A stretch of DNA of 52,678 nt. It comes from a virus. Its lineage: Duplodnaviria; Caudoviricetes. The notes below the pieces were generated by a model, which ran no database searches, was not told where the DNA came from, and saw nothing but the letters and a program-made list of their open reading frames with translations. The stretch lies in the IMG/VR virus record IMGVR_UViG_3300034068_000495, positions 1 through 52,678 of that record; one strand, written 5' to 3'. Below, in pieces: positions 52,442-52,678 of the stretch. Both the position numbers and the translations under genes were made by a program. Numbering within the stretch: the stretch's first letter is position 1; the number at the start of each line of letters is the position of its first letter.

Positions 52442-52678
52442 TCGCGCACGCGGCGCGCTTGGCAAAGGCGGACGAGCGCCGCCGCTTGGCAGTCGCCGAC
52501 TACGAGGGTGGCCAGCGACTGGGAGCGGTGGCACGCGCCTATGGGGTCAACCCCCGCACTATCATCGACTGGGCTGGCCGTTTCCGCCCGGTGGACGCGC
52601 CGCGCCGCCGCCCCGAGCGCAAGCCAATCGAGGTCGTGATCGACTACGACAGCGTCCACATCGCGGGTATAAACAGAG
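52438..52678 (+). CDS. HTH protein, truncated by window edge
   Basis: RRRLAVADYEGGQRLGAVARAYGVNPRTIIDW; ATGA overlap. Confidence 0.6.
   Translation, partial: MIAHAARLAKADERRRLAVADYEGGQRLGAVARAYGVNPRTIIDWAGRFRPVDAPRRRPERKPIEVVIDYDSVHIAGINR

Larger units (their letters stand above)
1..52678. mobile_element. Tailed dsDNA bacteriophage genome (podovirus-like, APSE-type replication module), near-complete, probably alphaproteobacterial host
   Basis: Terminase, portal, capsid, fibres, endolysin/spanins, polA and helicases in contiguous overlapping operons; no host housekeeping genes or integrase in the window. Confidence 0.95.

Noticed and set aside
52438-52678. Terminal HTH as a transposase
   Set aside because: Only a short HTH is visible, coupled to the early operon, with no inverted repeat or catalytic domain in the window

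Overview
The whole window is one high-GC tailed dsDNA phage genome, circularly permuted and probably near-complete. No host genes, integrase, tRNA or CRISPR array were seen. The host is most likely an alphaproteobacterium, given a GapR homologue and promoters lacking the -7 T. On the + strand, 1-9402 is an APSE-like replication module (RepA-type helicase end, Cas4-like exonuclease, SSB, GapR, family A polymerase, VRR-NUC, SNF2) and 48706-52678 is a block of small early genes. The - strand 9395-48223 is a podovirus-like virion module (terS/terL, portal, GroES, scaffold, capsid, fibres, lysis cassette, nozzle, ejection/cargo proteins with PcfJ-like and glycosylase-like domains). The most striking unexplained signal is a candidate RNA-based regulatory circuit. 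Four dispersed copies of a promoter-leader element (TTGCAA-N7-TTGCATRTGCGAGA..ATCAGCAAC..GGAGACACC..ATG) precede early genes. A separately promoted hairpin RNA at about 3990-4102 has a loop antisense to those leaders, and its stem sequesters the ribosome-binding site of an HTH gene. Also notable are an apparently overprinted gene inside the DNA polymerase with the same leader, and an iteron/hairpin array between terS and the early genes. Family names are recognised from motifs by eye and need HMM confirmation.
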